Shown here: positions 39,730 through 54,324 of the stretch, piece after piece
Layout: each line of letters starts with the position of its first letter
Numbering within the stretch: position 1 is the first letter of the stretch
Assembly (NCBI RefSeq): GCF_006345805.1
Contig: NC_043001.1
Coordinates: forward strand, 76,136,001 to 76,200,000
Direction: 5' to 3'
Length of the DNA stretch: 64,000 nucleotides
Origin: Octopus sinensis
Taxonomy: Eukaryota
The notes under the pieces: generated by a model
Database searches by the model: none
Told to the model about the DNA's origin: nothing
Seen by the model: the letters and a program-made list of their open reading frames with translations, nothing else
Translations under genes and position numbers: made by a program

Positions 39730-41396
39730 GCTATCAGCAACCGACTTGCGCGTGCAGGAGGTGGGGTGATTTAAAATTTGTTTTTAAACATTTTCATTTC
39801 CAATTATACCGACCTAAAGAAGCACAGGTCAATAAATGCCCTTTTCCCCTTCTTTCATGAATAAGAGAAAGACTTTCTGCTCACCAACTTATCGTTATTC
39901 ATATCAGATTTTAGAAAACATATTTTCATCACATAGAATTTCGCTGAAGTAGTCACGATAGACATCGATAACAACACCACGAACTCTGTCATGAAAGCAT
40001 ATATATAATCATTGGGAGCATTTGTTTACGTTAAAAAAAACTGGGTGTGTCAAACAAATACAATCTGTAAGCGGAAGAATAAAAATGTACAGGACTTTTA
40101 TCAAGTTTAACATGTAACATTTCATTCCTTTTTGTTTTCTAAATTCTAGCGATAGAGTATTTTCTTTGTTGGAACCAACTCCTTTCTTATAGGAATTATT
40201 CAAATAATTAAAACAAATAACGTGCATATATATATACGAGTATATATGAAATCGAAATATGTCATGTAGACTTAGAGGAATTCACTTTCTTTTCGTATAA
40301 ACAATTTTTTCCACTAAATTTTTGCCATTTATACAAATGTTGCAAAAGAATTAAAATACTGTCTTTAAAATACTAAGAAGCATCAGTTTAGAGAAGATTG
40401 CAGGAGTATGCAAACAAAAAAATTGGCAAATAACACGTGGGATATAACATGTAGTATATGATACGTGACATATGATACGTGATATATGACACGTGGTGTA
40501 TGACACATAGCATATGACATGGTATATGTCATGTGGGTTACTACAACATATATGATGGCAAAGAAATTCTAGTGGAATTATTAATTTAATCAATACATGT
40601 ACCAATTCTATAAACTGACTTGGGAAGATCCTTCAGTCTGTTACATGAAGGTTATGAAGAGCTAGTGCTATGTAATATATCCCGACTGCTTACACTTCAG
40701 CGAGAATTAGCTGCTCCAGAAAGCTATTGTTCGTTGAAAAGGAAAATGTTGTTCCACATAATAAAATCACCCGTCGAAATTTCACAGTAAATACGCGTAC
40801 ATATGTTACAACAAAAACACCGACAATAACAATAACATCGAGATAAAACTATCACAGTTAACGGACAGGAAGTAGCTGCTTATGAAGAATAGAAATGATT
40901 GAATGAAACAAACAGTTCATGAGATACAGTTTACGATAAAATTTAAGAATAGCTTTACTGAAAGAGAATAAGTATGTCTAGTCGATAGAAAACATACTAT
41001 GATGTTATACAAGATCGATTTAGTTGTTGAAGTATATATACACAACACAGATTAAAATTACGTTTTGGACATGGAATGTCTTTAATGTATTATGTAGCAA
41101 TTGTCATTCACTAAGTGATTGCAGTGGCAGAGATCGATCGAAATAACTCAACCAAAATGGATTACCTCTTTCCACAAAAACATCGAAAGACAACGGGAAA
41201 ACACCGGACAGAATACTATGCTTAAAAATAAGTGGAATAATGAATTCACAAACCACCAGCTTCAGCATTATGATAGACTATCCAAAAATCTACGGGAGAT
41301 ATTCGTAGGTGAACTAATCGCTTTTAAACACGAAGAGCCGTAAGTCAAAAGTTTTGCTATTGTAGAAAATTACACACACACACACACATATATTTT

Positions 41397-42640
41397 GGGT
41401 CATCCAATGAATAATGCGGTTTTTTATTCTTCTTTTATTTTTCAAAATTCAGATGAAATTCTTTTTTAATCTAAAATATGCTCTCCTTCATTTTATACAA
41501 TGCTCTTCCATCTATCTGGTAGACTTACAAGGCCCCTCTTCCAAAATTTACTTGTTCGTGACGAAAAATACTCCTCCAGTACTGTTCTGACCTCGTCTAC
41601 AGAATGCATATTTTTTCCGTCTAAATGATTTTGAAGACTACAGAATAAATGATAATCAGATGGGGCACTGTCTGACGAATATGGTGGGTGAGGCATCGTT
41701 TCCCATTTAAGCTGTTCCAGCCTTTGGAATGTCATCTTCGCTGTATGTGGCCGAATATTAACCTGAGGGAAGAACACCTTCCGTCTTGAAACCAAAGATG
41801 GTCGTTTTTCTTCGAGCGCTGACTCAAGCCGCTCAGGCTGCTCGCATTAGAACTCCTTTGTTATCGTTTGGCTTCGGTTTAAAAGTTCAAAGTGGACTAA
41901 ACATTTGATATCCCACCAAACAAATAAAAACACCTTACGTTTAGCCTGGGGTGCCGGTGCTTCTCCTTTCCCTACCCACTCTCTTCAGCGCTTGACATTT
42001 TTATAGAGAACCCATTTCTCGTCACCAATCACTATTCGGTCCAAAAAGAGTTCATTCGTGAGATGTGGCATCAAAGAAGAGCACACATTGACTCTCTACG
42101 CACGATTAGACTTCGAAAGTTTGTGAGCTCAGCTTGAGGATTTTTTCCAATGGCACGCAGGCGTCGATGATTGGTTGAATGACCAAATCCAAGCTTTTCT
42201 GCTAGTTCCTCAACACTTACGATGAAATTTTGTTCCACAAAGGTTTGCAGGACGTCCTTATCGAATTCTACAGATCTTCCAGGATGTGGCTCATCTTCTA
42301 GACCGTAGTTTCTAGAACCACCGTTGACACTGGGTTATATTTATTGTCCGATCTCCATATACTGCATTAATATTCCTCGCACTTTCCGTTGCGTTGTTGC
42401 CTTTATTGAACTCATGAAGCAAAATATGCCGAATATGCTCCTTTGTCACTTCTATTATAACTTTGAAAAAATAACTGTTAAAATCGAACTGCACTCTTCA
42501 AAACTTGCACTAAGGATAAGAGCAAGGTAAAATTACTACCTGCTTTTATATCAAATTGATGCAGGTAGTTTATCCCCTCTCTCTCCGACATTTAGTTCAT
42601 GCAATTAAAAAATAAAAACGCATTATTTATGGGATCATAC
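41397..42640 (-). mobile_element. Full-length degenerate mariner (DD34D) transposon
   Basis: Decayed TIRs (GGGTCATCCAATGAATAATGCGG / CGCATTATTTATGGGATCA); peptides TKEHIRHILLHEFNKGNNATES and PHPPYSSDSAPSDYHLF. Confidence 0.9.
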
Positions 42641-44189
42641 ATAAAATTTGTAAATACTTCTATTTGAAAGGATCTGTAGTTATTCTGAGGCGAATTTGGA
42701 ATGTAATTAAGCATCATAACCGTGGTGCAGCATGTTTAAAGAAGCTACGAAGTGAGTACAGTACAAACATCTCAGATATGTCTTCGCTGTCCAGAAACAC
42801 GGAACTATAATTAATTATGCGATCAATAAGATAGACAAGAACGTCTCCGAACCTACACGTTAAGACAGAACGCACTTATGTCGATTGCGCCATACCAGTG
42901 TCAAAGATACCTCTCGCATCAGCAGTTGCCCAAACTCGTTGGCAAGCTTCCACCTTCTTTGAGACAACATAATTGCCCAAATCATTCTCATTGTTATCCG
43001 CGGGAGTTTTTATCGTTTTGACCATTGCACAGAGGTATCTAAAAGGAACAAAAGTTTATGCACTATTGAGAGATAATGAATGACTTGTCTGAAGTTGTGG
43101 ATAAAGAGAACATCTATGGTGAAGTAATGTGGAAAGTAAACATTTTATACCTTGGCTATAGATTTTCATTTATAACTGTTGTCATAGAATCAGTGAGCTA
43201 TGTTGTAACAGACTGACACAAAGGTCCGGAAATGCTGAAGTTTTCAAAGAAAAGCAAAGCAAACCGACTCGCATCCTCCAAATACCATCGTTTAAGGGTT
43301 CAGTGAAAATTAGCATTTTAGTTTCTTGAAGTGAATACATACACATAATCATAAATAGAGATAATGGTGCAAATTTACAAATAAAACCCTTTAGGCTAGA
43401 TTCCCAAAATACACATACATATTACACATGTAAATCGAAAGAAAACAAAAACTGAAAATATTCAGATATTTATACATTTATAGGACAAACTTACATAGAG
43501 TACAAAGACACAGAAAATTAAGGGGAGACAGTATGGTGCTACAGGTCCGACAGCTGTTTCTAAGGACTCAGAATTACTTTACAATGCGGACAGATGCCGT
43601 TCGCTGAAATCAAGGGTGTATAATCTTATATATGTATATAGAATACATACACACTCATATACATAAAGTAATCACAGACACTCGTGCACTAGAGAGATAT
43701 GTGCACCTATTGCATGAGTACACGTATAAGCACTGTATGCCATACCATATATGCACGCATTAACTCTCTCTCTCTCCCAAACTTGCAGGTCACCAGAAAT
43801 TCCTTGAGTGAAAAATAATCTATTCATTTTGTTAGTGACAGGCTTGAATTTTGTGAAGAAGTTAAATCTAAAAACGAAAAAATGTACCCGCGTCTGTACA
43901 TAGACACATTCATACATTCATACGTAGATCACATGCAGATGTTATTAAGTGTTTAAGTAACAATCGCGAAAAATTAGAGTTTACAGACAAAGGTATGAAC
44001 CATCTAACTTGCGTTTTGTAAATTTAACACACACACACATATGTATGTATGTACATGTATATATACATATATATTTCCATAACATTTGAATATCTACATA
44101 AATCCACAAATGTCTCTCTCACGTACACACGATTTGTATGTGTGTATACATGCATACATACACACATGCACACACACATATGTATGTGC

Positions 44190-44226
<37 letters not shown>

Positions 44227-44504
44227 CATATATATATATATAAATGTGTGTGTGTACGTATATGTATGTATATATATATATATATACACACACGCCCAAA
44301 CAAAAGCACATCTTCAAAAACAATCAAATGAATTCCTTTTCTTTTTACTTCGTTTTCTCTGAAGAAAAAAATATGGGCGATGGAAAAGTATTGAGAATGA
44401 GAGTGTGTAAGAACTAGATTTAATTAAAGCACTAACATAACATGTGTGTGTGTATGTGTAGGTATGTATGTATACGCATATGTATATATCCATATATGCA
44501 TACG

Positions 44505-44538
<34 letters not shown>

Positions 44539-44679
44539 TGTATTTATATTTATATTTATATTTGTAAGGAAGTAAAACTAAGTCATACTGTACAAGACTT
44601 GAACAAGAGAGCAGATGTATAAACTTAGAAGAGGGATGGAAGGGGGAATAACTAGGATTAGAAAGAAGGAGACTATATA

Positions 44680-44733
<54 letters not shown>

Positions 44734-47020
44734 AGACATGAAATTGCGTAGGATCTAGAAGATTAGTTTAGCAGGTGGCTCTTTGCAGAGGTCACTGTAG
44801 TGTAAAAAAAAATGGTAAAGACTAAGATTGTTAAAGTTATAGTAGGAGACTGGTGCTGAGGAAGTGGGTTTTTTTTTCGAATTTTATTTAATTTTACTGA
44901 GTTTTTTCTGAATTTTTTTTTGTTTTGGAGGGGGTTTGTTTTGCTTTATGTTGTTTTTGTTTTTGGGGTTTTTTTTTTTCCTTTTTGTATTATTCTTTTG
45001 GTTACATTTTCAACTTATTCTTACTTTTCTCTCTAATTGTCAATCCTGTGGATATACATACAATTATTGCGGCACTGACTAATAGACATTTCTGGAATGC
45101 AGAGACCTGGTATGTAGAATGGAACCTATTGGCGACATTCCTCGCTGTTTGCGAATTTTTTTCATTATTGTTTTTTATTCATTTATTTTGTCGCATTTTA
45201 TTATTTTTTATATTTTATATATATATTTTTTTCCTTTCATTTTGATTTTTCCGACATCTGAACACTACCGGCTCTCTTCAATGTTCTCTCAATACGTATG
45301 CAGACGCATGTATATGCATACACATATGTATCTATGTTTGTATATATATATATATTGTGTATATATGAGTGTGTGTGTACTCACACATGCATAAATATAT
45401 ATATGTGTGCATATATATGTGCGCATATAAATACATATATGTGTGTGTGTGTGTAAGACTAAGCTTTTGCTGAACCGGATAGATATGTGTCCAGTTTCGT
45501 TCACTGCTTAAAATCATTTAATTTCTTTTCATACTGAAATCTTGGAACCCGTTCCTTTTCCTTTATTATTTTTCTCTCAATAAAGTACCCCCATCATTTA
45601 TGTCACACCTATTTAAGAAATCATTGTTGAATAATACTCCCCATTCATGATAGATGGATACCACCCAGTTATATCGTTTCTAGTGAACTGACTCTCTCTT
45701 TATAGATGTCTTCGGTAAAGCCACGGACTTCACTCATTAAAAATCTGGACCTGTAATTGTACATACGAGATAGATACCGGTACGATTCCAGTAAAACGAA
45801 TACGTAAATCTTTTTGAGGTATTGAAAGTGATATCTTTGTGTATAGTAGGTCAATAAACAGACATCATTGGAGACAGATTGTTGTTGAGAGTGATTTGGC
45901 TGCTATTTTTTGTATTTCTAACGGATCAAGTGACGACGTAGAGAGATTGTCATTGAATAAGTCTGAAACGACGGGAACTCTCACAACTAATTGGCCTTTA
46001 AAATAAAGTCTGCCGAAGGTGACGAACTGGCAGAAACGTTAGCACGCCGTATATATCTATGCGCTTGCGCGTGTGTGATTTAAAGGATTCAGTTTATTAC
46101 AAAAGTCCCAGTCATGGGATATGAATGTAGAACTAGGAAAAAGCTACAGTTCTTCCAGGGTTATCCAGACAATACTGAGGCTGGGTGTAGTTTTCTGGTA
46201 TGAGAAGGCAAAAAAGATAAACTTGATAATCTTGCAGTCCGATGAGAAGGATATGACGATCAAACCTTTGACTAAAGAGCACCAACTACCAAAAGCGTTT
46301 GCAGGAATGCAAAAAGAAGGGATGGCAGGGATAGGTATTCCCAGTGGAAGTTGCCTGTAGTGCATCCCATGTTTTGTCGGTATAGGGAACGCTTACAGCT
46401 ATTAGAATAAGAAAGGAGAGAGAGAGAGAGAGAGCTGTGCGAAAGATTGGAGAAGCAGTACAAAAGGTCCCTTGCTTGTTATGGAGTAAGAAAGAAGAGT
46501 TAAGCTGTAGATCAGGAGGCGATGATAAGCAGTGATTTGGTCACCACTGCTGATCCACCAACGGGAGGGTGTTACGGTTCAGAGTCGAAACACGATATAA
46601 TTACTGGACACCGACTGATTATATCAATACCTCCAGATCAAAGCTATATTCACCAAATATGAATGGAGAATCAACTTCAGTCACACCTGATCGTTTTTCT
46701 GTCAAAGTCTGAGTTTCAGAATTGATGATTTAGTATTTAATTTGGAAAAGTTACTTAGAAAAGTTTTATACGCTGATTTCCAAAACTCAATAAAATAAAG
46801 CTACATATGATTACTACTGGATATAAATGTTAAGAACTTCGTAATAAGTAAGAAGCGAAGAAAATGAAATATATGAATTTGATGCACATTTTCTTTATTC
46901 CTTAATTTCAAATTCAAACATCTAATTCCGCCAAAAGGGATAATTATTGCCCTTGTATTAACCGTCCGCTAGATTAGTCGAGTTTATTTCAGATATTCTC
47001 ATTTTAAAATACTACGTATT

Positions 47021-47406
47021 TTATTACCTCCGCCTTAACGATGGCGGAGGTATTGTTTCCAGTCGTGTTTGTTTGTTTGTTTGCTTTCCGTGGACAAGAT
47101 ATCTCAAGAACTGCCGGATGGATTCGGATGAAACTTTCAAGGATGTTTGGCCTCGCGACTAGCACGAACTGATTAGATTTTGGGATCGATACGGTACCGG
47201 ACAAGGATTCTGAATTATTTTTCCGTTTTTTTGTTGTTTTTTTTACTTAATTTTTGAGAGGAGTCGGGTTCATTATTATTATTCTCGTTTATGAGAGCAG
47301 TCGAGTTTATTTCAGATAATCTCATTTTAAAGATCATCTTCGGTTAATCTTTGAGAGGACGTTGGTGTTACCTTGGCGGATGTTTGCGCTCTCTGAGTAC
47401 TCTTGT
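47021..47406 (+). mobile_element. HINE/DINE-1-like non-autonomous Helentron-type element
   Basis: 5' TTATTACCTCCGCC with adjacent inverted copy GGCGGAGGTA, (GTTT)n, 3' subterminal repeat GGCGGATGT and terminal hairpin GCGCTCTCTGAGTAC before a T-rich end. Confidence 0.75.
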
Positions 47407-49654
47407 ATGTTATGTTTTCATTCTTTTACTCATACGTAATGGCAATGACATTATTTTGAATATAGTGGATAAGACCGTTGTTTTAATATGGCGCAAATCC
47501 AACACAAGCATGGAGAAGCAAGGGTTATAGGCCACAAATAATCTAACAAAGGTATGGAGAAGCAAAGGTATGGGCCGCAAAACGAATCTGCAGCTGTTCA
47601 AGACATTCATGCGACTAGAATTAATTCTACGGATGTGAGAAATGGAAAGTGACAAAAATGGGGGGAAATGGGCAACTTCCAGTTCACATGCTTAAAGACA
47701 TCGAGTGGCTGCAAAGGGTCCGAAATGACACAATTGTGTTCTATGAAGAAGAGTTACTATGATTATCACGATACATTATTAGTTTAGAATGTTTAAATGT
47801 TTTATAAGTTTTGTCTGCAAGTCAGTATTCTTGCAGGAAGCCTGTTCATTTTAAGTTTCTTTCGAAAATTTCTTAGGCTTTCGTTGCTTGAAGGTAACAG
47901 TGGCTTTTTATTCCTGTTATATTACTGAATATTTTATATTCTATTCCATTTGTTTATATTTCCTATATACATACATATACATATATCTGTGTGTGTGTGT
48001 GTGTGTGGTGTGTGTATGTGTGTGTGTGTGTCTCTGTGTGTGTGTGTGCAGAAACTGAATTGTCATTACAACTATCAAAGACCAAAGTTACATGTGCTTG
48101 TATGTTGATCATAGCGTACTTTGAACACTTCGCTCTCTTTCTTTCTTTGTCTTCTCTCCCTCTCTTTCTCCTTCTCTCTATATATATGTCTGTGTGTGTG
48201 TGTGTGTATGTGTGTGCGCGCGTGTATATATGTAAGTATGTATGTATTTGATACATTTTATGGCTTAAATCTGCTTTGGGTGGAGTACCATTGAGGCTTC
48301 ATTAAATAAGTTTTCATAGAAAAATCAAAGAATTATAGATGTTTCTGCAATGTTATTTATAACAATTTTAGAATTATCAAATAGTTTTCTTTATATATAT
48401 AGATAAGTGTTCTTTTTTGTTTGTGGTAAGATAAAATAATAGATTGCTCAATGTTAGGGTGATGCCTAAGAAATTTGTGGTTGTAATGCTGTAATGCTGT
48501 GATTTTAAATTAATGATATTTAAAGAACGACTGTAAACCCTTTTTGATTTGGTTCATCTTTTATAAGTTGAAATTGCTTAGAAGTAGCTTACTCTTGACT
48601 CGATAAGGATTTTCTATCATTTGGAACACATTTTTTAGCTTTCACAGTCGATACAAACCTACCAAATCATTATCCTTGGCTGAATCATCTAAACCCATAT
48701 TAACCTCACATGAGATATGAGAATTTTTCATTCATATGAAATTATCGTTTTGTATCGTCGTTTATCGAGCAAGCATCAATTATTCTATTTTTTTCTCTTT
48801 TATATTAGTTATATTATAGATTAGTTATAGCTGCTATGAATAAAGGTTTAGTTATAAATCTATAGTACTCGTGAACACCAAACTGTAAGATCATTCCCAA
48901 CTCCTTTCATGAGTTAGGTGATTCAAGTTATTCTTTTACTTTATTAGTATTGTTTCAAAGTGTTACTGTCTATATTTTCTGTTAAGGTGTAAAATTATTT
49001 TTCTAATACTTTTTTTTTGCTGATTTGTTGGTTTCCGCCGTCTTTATTTATTTTTTTTTTTTTTGCAAATTTTAATTATGTTCTTTAAAAGAAAAGTACA
49101 GTAATTTAGATATCAGAAGTTCAGTTCGATATGTTATACAAAAGAAGATTTCTCAACACTTGGTTGTTTATCTTGTAGTTTGAATGATAATCTATTTTTT
49201 GCTATATGTGTCAGTGACTGAATTTGAAACGTGCGTTTGATACGACTCTGTAAATTATATATAGGTTTATATTTGGCCTGACTAGAAGTATAATTGATTA
49301 GAACTGTTCTTGATCCAATGTCTTCTGAAGAAATTTTTTGGCCTTTATAAATTTTATATTTTCAATTAAGAAGAGTTCGTTAATTGTTTTAGATGACTAT
49401 GAAGTTGCTAGAAAACATTGACATCATCTCGGTCCTCCCAGCCTTCATCATGTAGCACAGGATGTGAAGGGGAGAGGAGAAGGTTGCACCATTAAACTCA
49501 TTTCTGCTGAGTATACGGGAACAACTTGAGAAGTTGTAACTCACTCAAATACACAACATATATTCTTGAAATAGATGAAGTTATAAATAACAGCGTGTAA
49601 ATATTGAGTGTATACATACTCGAGGTCACACATACGCACACACAGATGTGTATG

Positions 49655-49685
<31 letters not shown>

Positions 49686-49766
49686 TATATATTATATATA
49701 TATATATACAGAACGAGATGAAAATCCAAGGGTGTGAAAGATTTCAGAACATTTATAAATATAAAG

Positions 49767-49812
49767 TCTTACAGTTGTTTCCGGGATAATTTATATATCC
49801 TTTCATCGGAGA
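49767..49812 (-). ncRNA. Type I hammerhead-like motif next to (TA)n
   Basis: Minus strand TCT-CCGATGA-AAGGATA...TATCCCG-GAAAC-AACT-GTA-AGA; U4C core variant, short stem I, near-palindromic loop 3. Confidence 0.55.
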
Positions 49813-50256
49813 TGGTGTGAGAAAATGGTTAAGCAATAGTTATTCTAGATAAGATGTGAAATAGAGAGTGAAGCGGAGGAATGAAAATAGACGTGAGATA
49901 TGCAGGGATATTATATCTTCACTTCCATTACTTAGGCAGAATGGTATGCATATAAGATTCCTGTACCTTGGGATTAAGTTCCAGTAGTATTTATAAATGG
50001 TCATTCCAAACATAGAGTTTGTAAACAGTCACTTAAAAAAAACTTGATTCAATAACATTCTGCCCAAATAATGGAACTGAAGTAATGGAACTAAAGTAAC
50101 AACATAATTGATCTTATTGTTTACATCCCGTTTAACGAGATAGATTTTTTACAACGCTAGATTGATAGTTTAAAGTTTAAAATTTCATATAACTGGTTTT
50201 CATCACTAAGATAAGTTATGTTTTTACTTTGCATTAACATTGTTAAATTTTATTTT

Positions 50257-50352
50257 TTGACCTGAAGAGTGGCTATATATTTTTAAATTGAATTAATATT
50301 AACTTTTAATATTATCGATATATATATTTAGTCATGAAACGCGCATAGTCAA
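50257..50352 (+). ncRNA. Type I hammerhead-like motif upstream of (TA)n
   Basis: TTGAC-CTGAAGA-GTGGCTA...TAGTCAT-GAAAC-GCGC-ATA-GTCAA: stem I 5 bp, stem II 7 bp with G-U pairs, GCGC palindromic loop; AUA is probably a mutated GUA. Confidence 0.65.
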
Positions 50353-50478
50353 TATAAAGTTTGATTTGTTTTGTGATTTTTAGAATAATAATTATAATAT
50401 ATTTAATTAATTTCTATATGGTTATTATAGTTAATATCGTTTCAGTATTGATTGAATAACTAAAGAGCGGTTGCCTCT

Positions 50479-50524
<46 letters not shown>

Positions 50525-50532
50525 ATATATTA

Positions 50533-50576
<44 letters not shown>

Positions 50577-50647
50577 GAATTTCTGATTTAGTGTGCTAAA
50601 CTGAATTTTTCCCTGTTGGCTTGGAATTATTACATTCCCTAACTATT

Positions 50648-50693
<46 letters not shown>

Positions 50694-50808
50694 TAGAAGT
50701 AAATATATGGCCCAACGAAGTACCGATATTTACTGGAAATAGCGAACGTAATAATTTTCCCTCGCGGGCTATTCTTTACTGGAAAGCAATACTTTCGTAT
50801 TGCATTAC

Positions 50809-50865
<57 letters not shown>

Positions 50866-50869
50866 ATAT

Positions 50870-50901
<32 letters not shown>

Positions 50902-51079
50902 CATATATATATACATATATATATGTGTGTGTTTGTATACGTATATATGCATATAAGCACGCACACAATATTTACGCTGCACTATGGAAATCTATTCTTA
51001 CCTAAAAGACATTGCAGTTATATTTATATAAGAAATTAAATACAGCAATGTATGTGTAGTCGCCCTTCTAATGGTCGCC

Positions 51080-52160
51080 ATTGATGTCATCGTTATCGTC
51101 ATCACTATCATCACCACTATCATCCACATTATCATTTTCGGCAGCAATAGCCCGTACATCACCACACCACCACCACCATCTCCTTCATCATCGTCGTCGT
51201 CACCGTTGCCATCATCGTCATTGTCATCGTCGTCGTCGTCGTCGTCGTCATCATCATCATCATCATCGTCATCATCAGTCTTCTCTTCTTCCACAAGGTT
51301 GTCATCATCTGCAGCAGCATCGCTTCCTTTCCTCTGCTTCTCCTCCACCTGCAACTCCTTCTTCTTCATCGTCGTCGTCATCGTCACTGTCGTCGTCATC
51401 ATCATCATCAATCTTCGTACTTTCCTCTTCTTCCTCATGCTTGTCATCATCTTCATCATCACCAATCTTATTACTTTCCTCTTCTGCCTCATGCTTGTCA
51501 TCATCATCAGCAGCAGCACCATCAGCAGCAGCAGTAGCAGCCGCAGCAATGGCAGTAGCATCGTCTTCTTCATTTTGCCCTTTCCTCTGCTTCTCCTCCT
51601 CCTCTTCCCCCCTTCCTTTACCGTCGTCGTCGTCATGATAAACAACAATGACAGCAGCAACGACGACTACAGCAACAACAACATTAATAGCAGCAACAGC
51701 AACAATTATAACCACGTTAATATCAACCTTCTCCAATTTCTCGGTTTTTTTAAAGAAGACGTTCAACATGAAGGAGTATGTTTCCTTCGTTCTCTTTGAC
51801 CACCATCTACTCCGCCGCCACCATCACTTCCACCACCACCATCACCTCCACCATCACTATCACTTCCGCCACCACCACCACCATGACTATCATCAATATT
51901 ATTATTACCGCCATCTTTACCATCATACTACTTCCACCATCATCACCATCACCACCACCATTATCAACACCGTCATTACCATCGCGACCACTATCACCGT
52001 GATCACTATCATCACCACGATCACCACTAATGTCACCTTCATCGTCATTACCACCGCGATTACCACCACCACTAACACCATCACCATTACTACCAACATC
52101 GGTACCAACTCCCTAAACACACCACCATCATCACCACCAACACCACCACCACCACCACTA
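51080..52160. repeat. Degenerate (CAT/CAC/CGT/CAG)n trinucleotide low-complexity tract
   Basis: Direct inspection. Confidence 0.9.
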
Positions 52161-52826
52161 TTTCGACTGTCAGCATCCTTTCCCCCACCAAAAACAATAA
52201 GACGTTCATTATTACCCTAACCCGTACTAAACACATCAACGCCATAAAAGTTCACTAGACTCCACCAGAAAAGGTAATTTTCTCAGCAGAAGTTATTTTG
52301 AGGTCGTTCACCGCTATGAGGAGTTTTAAAAATAAAAAAAAAGAAAACGTGCGTTCTTAATTCTCTTTTTGATGAAAATATCAAAAGAAAGTCCGTGTTG
52401 TTACAAATGGAGAAAAGCAGACAATATAATTACTACATGTTGTTGTTGTTGCTGCTGTATTGAGATACAATGCGTTCTTTACGCATCATAGTGATTCGCG
52501 ACTACAGTGTGTTAGATATGGCTTCTTTCAGTTTCCGTCTACCAAATCCTCTCACAAGACTTTTGGTCGATCCAGGGCTACAGTGGAAGGCACTTACCCA
52601 AGTGTGACCGAATCCGGAACCATGTGGTTTAGAAGCGAACTTTTAACAACATGGCCACGCTTACCCCTACGTATGGTGACAAGTAGATTTTAAACTTTGG
52701 AAGACCTATTTCCGTCGTATTTGCTTGTTACTTATTGCAACTGAGAATGTTGTAAAGGCGATAGTCATGATGGAGGTGGTGTTGCTGTTGTAATTATAGT
52801 ACGATATGTTCATATTAGATGTTATT

Positions 52827-53215
52827 AAGGCGGCGAGTTGGCAAAATCGTTAACACACCGAGCAGAATGCTTAGCGGCATTTCATCCATTTTTACGTTCA
52901 AATTCATCCTTTCGGGGTCTATAAGATAAGTACCAGCTGAAAACTAAGGTCGATCTAATCTACTATCCCTCCCCCAAAATTGCTGGCCTTCTGCCAATCT
53001 TGAAAGCGACGTTAGTTATTATTAAGGCTGGGTTGTTAACACACTGAGTAAAAAGCTTACCGGCATTTCATTCATCTTTATGTTCTGAGCTCAATTCCGC
53101 CGAGGTTGACTTTACCTTTCATCCTTTTCGAGGTCGGTAAAATAAGTATCATGTCGATGTAATTAACTTGCTCCCCTCCTCCAAAACTTCAGGCCTTGTG
53201 CCTATTATAGAAAGG
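52827..53215 (+). mobile_element. Two tandem degenerate family A SINEs
   Basis: AAGGCGGCGAGTTGGC head and CATCCTTTCGGGGTC blocks. Confidence 0.75.
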
Positions 53216-53729
53216 ATATTTGTTGTTGTTGATGTTGTAAATGATGCTCTTTAGCCCTAGGACGTGGCCGTCCTCAACTTTTGTTGAGGGCTGGTCTGTC
53301 TAAGACTACAATATGTCTTATATATATTTAATATATAAAATAGAGTTTTGTGTGTATTCGCTTTTCACGTGAAAACAGCTTCACCAATTACTTTCATACT
53401 TGTGATGCATGAATAATTTAACCTCGGACATATAATAGGGTCATCATTTGATTATCCTTATTAAAAATAGAAAATATTGTTTTATATTTATGATTCACTT
53501 CTTTAAAAAGATTTTCCTATGTCAACTTCCGGCATTGACGTAAAAACGGCGAAGTCTCTCACTTCTCATTTCAATATTCGCTATTTGTAAACAACTACCA
53601 TAAATTACTGAAATAAATATTTACGAAGTTCACAAATTTAAATATTTCAGTGCAAGATAGTTTTTAATTTATACGATTTTTTCATTCCTTTTTGCAATGT
53701 GTTCTCTCTCTCTCTCTCTGTCTCTCACT

Positions 53730-53796
<67 letters not shown>

Positions 53797-54251
53797 ACGC
53801 ACGCACGCACGCGCACATGACATGTTTTATTTCGTTCTGAACTTCGTTAATTTCTGTAAAAAAAAAATAATTTTCTTTTTGCACGTCATGTTCAGCTCTA
53901 TGTATTTGTAGTTTGTCACACACGCACACATGTGTTTTTGTATGTACGTTTGTATACATTTACGTATGTGTGTGCGTCTGTGTGTCTGTGTGTGCATGTG
54001 AGTGAAGGTATGTGTCGTCATGTATACGTACATCCAAAATTACATATGCATACATCTTTTTTCTATGTATGTGTGTGTGAGAGAGAGAGAGAGAGTGATA
54101 TCTAAGTGACACTCTCTCTTTCTCTCTCACTCTCTCTCTCTCTCTCTCACTCTCTCTCTCTCTCTCTCTCTCACCCACACGCGCATACATAAATACAAGA
54201 AAAATTCATTTATGTATGTACGTATATATGACAACACACCCCTTCACTCTG

Positions 54252-54324
<73 letters not shown>

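Noticed and set aside
43540-43575. Minus-strand GAAACAGCTGTC half-hammerhead
   Set aside because: No CUGANGA partner found at a suitable distance
46120-46470. Possible RT fragment (LYRQNMGCTTGN on the minus strand)
   Set aside because: Single weak motif with no other RT motifs visible
48705-48752. CACATGA-GATATGA...TCATAT-GAAAT word
   Set aside because: Two core mismatches and no stem I; could arise by chance in AT-rich DNA
50998-52220. Long overlapping ORFs (poly-Ser, Asp, His, Thr) on both strands
   Set aside because: Degenerate trinucleotide repeats open in several frames, with no domain or convincing splice structure
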